A stretch of 63,826 nucleotides of DNA, filler included, from a candidate division TA06 bacterium SM23_40 (GTDB lineage: Bacteria; LJUI01; SM1-40): NCBI GenBank assembly GCA_001303705.1. It is 5 parts of 5 records of this genome, joined end to end, with 100 filler letters (N's around TTAATTAATTAA, not from the genome) between each part and the next. Parts side by side here need not be neighbours in the genome. Positions count along the whole stretch, not along the records: positions 57,119 to 63,826 come from LJUI01000137.1; 4 more parts are not named here. One strand, written 5' to 3'. The notes beneath the pieces are model-generated. The model saw nothing but the letters and a program-made list of their open reading frames with translations, searched no databases and was not told the origin of the DNA. Shown one piece after another: positions 60,932 through 63,826 of the stretch (positions are counted from its first letter, which is position 1; the number at the start of each line of letters is the position of its first letter). Both the position numbers and the translations under genes were made by a program.

Positions 60932-62548
60932 GTGATGAAGATGAGGGCGGTGGGAGTGGCTGTTGCCTGCGTCCTCGTGGCAGGGGCGGTTCTCGCCGGG
61001 CCGGGCCCATGCTCGTTCCGCTCGTCGGATGAGGGGAGGATCTGGGTGCGGGTTGTCGCGGATGAGTTGGGCCATGGGGGGGGCTCCATTGATGGGCTGT
61101 ATGCGCGCCTCACATCGTTCGGCGGCGTGCAGGGGACGGCGTTGAGTTTCGGGGATGTCGACGACGACGGTCTGCAGGAGATGTACGTCGACGACTATCC
61201 CGGCTACGCCGTCGACTGTTACGAATTCGACGATTCGCTCGACTTCACTGTGACCCAGGCCATTGAGTACGGGCTGCCCTGGGTGCTCGAGGATCTGAAC
61301 GGCGATGGCGCGGATGAGCTGGTGGTCCAGAGGGGTGACCCGGGTCTCAGCGGAGACGGCTATATGGACGTGTACACCTGGCAGGACAGCGTCTTCGTCT
61401 TCGTGCAGCGGTTCACGTTCCCCGAGATGAAGATGATCTATACACCCACTACCCTCGATCTCGACTTCGACGGCGACACCGAGATCATCTTCACCACCGA
61501 AGTCACATTTTCCCTGGTTTCATACGTGAGAGTGGCCTCGTGGGATCACGAGGGAGATACGCTCGCCCTCGTGTACACGTACTATCTCCTCGATGCCTAT
61601 GGCGGCATCGGAGCGGCCGATTTCGACCAGGACAGTCTGGGCGAATTCGTCGTCCCGACGATGAACGAGTTCGCCGTCTTCGGGGCCGATTCGGACTCGA
61701 TTCATTTCTCCGGATACGTGGGGGAGGTGATCGGCTTCTCCGAGCTCGCCCTCTCCTGGGATGCGCTGGGGGACGGGGACGTCCGACTCCTCCTGGGCTC
61801 GTGTCTCGGATTCGTCCCGGACAACTGGAGGTTCGAGGTACACCGGGCGGTGGGCGACGATACATTCACGTTTGAGACGTCCTTCGTGAGAGAATCGATC
61901 TACTCCGGCACGACGCATGGCGGCACGGGTGACACGGACAGGGATGGCAGGGAGGAAGCACTCCTCTCATTCTATCCCATAGCGATCCTGTTCGAATGGA
62001 TGGGGACCGGATATGACTCCACGTGGGCGCTCCATCTCCAGAATGATACCGGTACCCCGAAGGCATCACAGCTTCCTACATGGGACCTCAACAACGATTC
62101 CTACCCAGATTGGGTGTTCGCGGACCACCGGGACACCCTCTTCGTTTACGGATACAACATCATTCCTTCGCTGACGGTCGAGCTGACTCCCGATGCAACC
62201 GTGGTGCCGCGCGGCGGAGTCCTCGGCTTCGAGGCAACGCTCGTCAACCATACGCCCGAAGTCCAGGAGGCAGAAGGCTGGACCATGGCCGTTCTCCCCA
62301 ACGGGAATCCATACGGGCCGCTCCTCGGTCCGCAGAGGATCATATTGAATCCCTATCAGACGAGAGTGCACCACTTCGCCCACGACGTGCCGGAGAACGC
62401 ACCACTGGGGACCTATGCGTACACGGCGAAGATGGGAGAGTACCCGGCCGCCGTATGGGCGGTCGACTCCTTCGAGTTACAGATAGTCCCGGGCGCAATG
62501 CCGCCGGAAAGAGGCAGCGCTCCGGGACGGTCAGAAAGGAGCCCTTGA
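60932..62548 (+). CDS. Secreted FG-GAP/VCBS-like repeat protein with the shared CTD
   Basis: Signal peptide; DxD/NxDG..E repeats (GDVDDDGLQE, DLNGDGADE, DLDFDGDTE, DTDRDGREE); CTD ~62170-62490. Confidence 0.85.
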   Translation: MMKMRAVGVAVACVLVAGAVLAGPGPCSFRSSDEGRIWVRVVADELGHGGGSIDGLYARLTSFGGVQGTALSFGDVDDDGLQEMYVDDYPGYAVDCYEFDDSLDFTVTQAIEYGLPWVLEDLNGDGADELVVQRGDPGLSGDGYMDVYTWQDSVFVFVQRFTFPEMKMIYTPTTLDLDFDGDTEIIFTTEVTFSLVSYVRVASWDHEGDTLALVYTYYLLDAYGGIGAADFDQDSLGEFVVPTMNEFAVFGADSDSIHFSGYVGEVIGFSELALSWDALGDGDVRLLLGSCLGFVPDNWRFEVHRAVGDDTFTFETSFVRESIYSGTTHGGTGDTDRDGREEALLSFYPIAILFEWMGTGYDSTWALHLQNDTGTPKASQLPTWDLNNDSYPDWVFADHRDTLFVYGYNIIPSLTVELTPDATVVPRGGVLGFEATLVNHTPEVQEAEGWTMAVLPNGNPYGPLLGPQRIILNPYQTRVHHFAHDVPENAPLGTYAYTAKMGEYPAAVWAVDSFELQIVPGAMPPERGSAPGRSERSP

Positions 62549-62550
62549 GC

Positions 62551-63826
62551 ATGGGAGAGAAAACGAAGAGAAGGTCTGTCGCGCTGGTCATGATCGCCAT
62601 GAGCGTGCTTCTCGGCATCGCCTGTTCGTACCGGGTGGCCCAGAGGCCGCGGCTCGAGCGCCTGGAGCGCGCGTGGGAGAAGCGCGAGGCGAAGCAGGTC
62701 CCCAACGACTGGTGGTTCTTCCAGCGTGCGTACGGTCTCGGGAACATCAACCACGAGGCCTATCGGGAGGCGGTCGAGAGGGCCGAGGAGCTCCGTGACC
62801 GGGCGGCGGGAAGGGATGTGCCGACCGTATCGTGGACCCTGGCCGGGCCCACCAACATCGGCGGCAGGATTACCGCATTGGGCATCCATCCCGCCCACCC
62901 AAACACGATCTATGCCGGCGCAGCCACCGGCGGCGTGTGGAAATCGACCGACGGCGGGGTGGACTGGGATCCCATCTTCGATGAGAACCCGAGCCTGCCG
63001 ATCGGAGCCATCACAATCGATCCCGCCGATCCCGATCTCGTCTATGTGGGGACGGGGGAGGCGAATGCGAGCGGCGACTCCTATCCCGGGGACGGCGTGT
63101 ACAGGACAACGGACGGAGGAGATTCCTGGATCCACCTTGGACTCGAGGAGTCGAGCCACATCGGAAGGATCGCCATCAATCCGGACGATACGGACATCCT
63201 ATTCGTTGCTGCAACGGGTCAGCTATTCGATACCAACCCGGAACGTGGTATCTACCGTTCGACGAACGCGGGGACGACGTGGGACCAGGTACTCTTCCTG
63301 AGCGACTCCACTGCGGGGATCGACGTCGTCATCAATCCGGCGAATCCCTCCATCGTCTATGCCGCGATGTGGGAGCGCATCCGCCGCCCAGAAGAGCGGT
63401 CGGTGGGTGGGCTCACGAGCGGGATCCACCGGAGCACGGACGGGGGAGATACCTGGACGTTACTGACCCAGGGGCTCCCGGCACCATCGCCGACGGTGGG
63501 GAGGATCGGGCTCGCGATCGCCGCCTCTGATCCGAGTATCCTGTATGCGATCTACGCAGATCATCCGGGGTACTTCGCGGGGGTGTACAAGACGACCAAC
63601 GGCGGGGACAGCTGGTCCCGGGTGAACGACAGCGCTCTATCCTATATCTACAGCTCCTATGGCTGGTACTTCGGCAACATCAGGGTCGACCCGACCGACC
63701 CCGACGTCGCCTATGCCATGGGGATCGAGCTCTTTCGCACGACGAACGGCGGCAACTCCTGGTACGATATCAGCTACTATATCCACGTCGACCAGCACGC
63801 ACTCTGGATCGACCCAACGAACCCTA
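62551..63826 (+). CDS. Secreted BNR/VPS10 Asp-box beta-propeller protein (glycosyl hydrolase-like), runs off the window
   Basis: Absent from the ORF track. AAAGGAG RBS; MGEKTKRRSVALVMIAMSVLLG...W..AGPTNIGGRITAL...GGVWKSTDGG..W with further Asp boxes; open to 63826. Confidence 0.88.
   Translation, partial: MGEKTKRRSVALVMIAMSVLLGIACSYRVAQRPRLERLERAWEKREAKQVPNDWWFFQRAYGLGNINHEAYREAVERAEELRDRAAGRDVPTVSWTLAGPTNIGGRITALGIHPAHPNTIYAGAATGGVWKSTDGGVDWDPIFDENPSLPIGAITIDPADPDLVYVGTGEANASGDSYPGDGVYRTTDGGDSWIHLGLEESSHIGRIAINPDDTDILFVAATGQLFDTNPERGIYRSTNAGTTWDQVLFLSDSTAGIDVVINPANPSIVYAAMWERIRRPEERSVGGLTSGIHRSTDGGDTWTLLTQGLPAPSPTVGRIGLAIAASDPSILYAIYADHPGYFAGVYKTTNGGDSWSRVNDSALSYIYSSYGWYFGNIRVDPTDPDVAYAMGIELFRTTNGGNSWYDISYYIHVDQHALWIDPTNP

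Noticed and set aside
1-63826. tRNA (including tRNA-Sec), rRNA, selA/selB/selD, integrase or transposase genes
   Set aside because: None recognised in this window; the Sec machinery must be verified elsewhere in the genome.

Overview
GC-rich bacterial genomic DNA using the standard code 11 (many ordinary genes end in TGA). It consists of five contigs joined by artificial N-TTAATTAATTAA-N linkers at 8052-8151, 33378-33477, 41375-41474 and 57019-57118, so genes on either side of a linker are not necessarily neighbours. Gene content suggests an anaerobic diderm, possibly from an FCB-related candidate phylum (inference). Housekeeping genes include uvrA, dnaE, recD2, thyX, a dUTPase, a sigma-70 factor, tatA, two PpiC foldases and an ABC-F ATPase. 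Also present are a corrinoid protein/MttB pair, an ApbE-NusG-II-Gx-polyprenyl synthase cluster, and an ECF transporter operon interrupted by a GYD/GAF/group 3b [NiFe]-hydrogenase block. Main discovery: two tandem secreted paralogues (2444-3505 and 3937-4998), each split in two by the ORF track. Both carry an in-frame TGA at the same codon (91) directly after Cys, followed at identical spacing by a hairpin with a compensatory base-pair change. This looks like an undescribed secreted selenoprotein family with a bacterial SECIS. These two proteins and seven other exported-type proteins from four unrelated families end in the same ~110-aa C-terminal domain, a candidate sorting or anchoring signal. 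All functional calls come from motif recognition by eye; no database searches were run.
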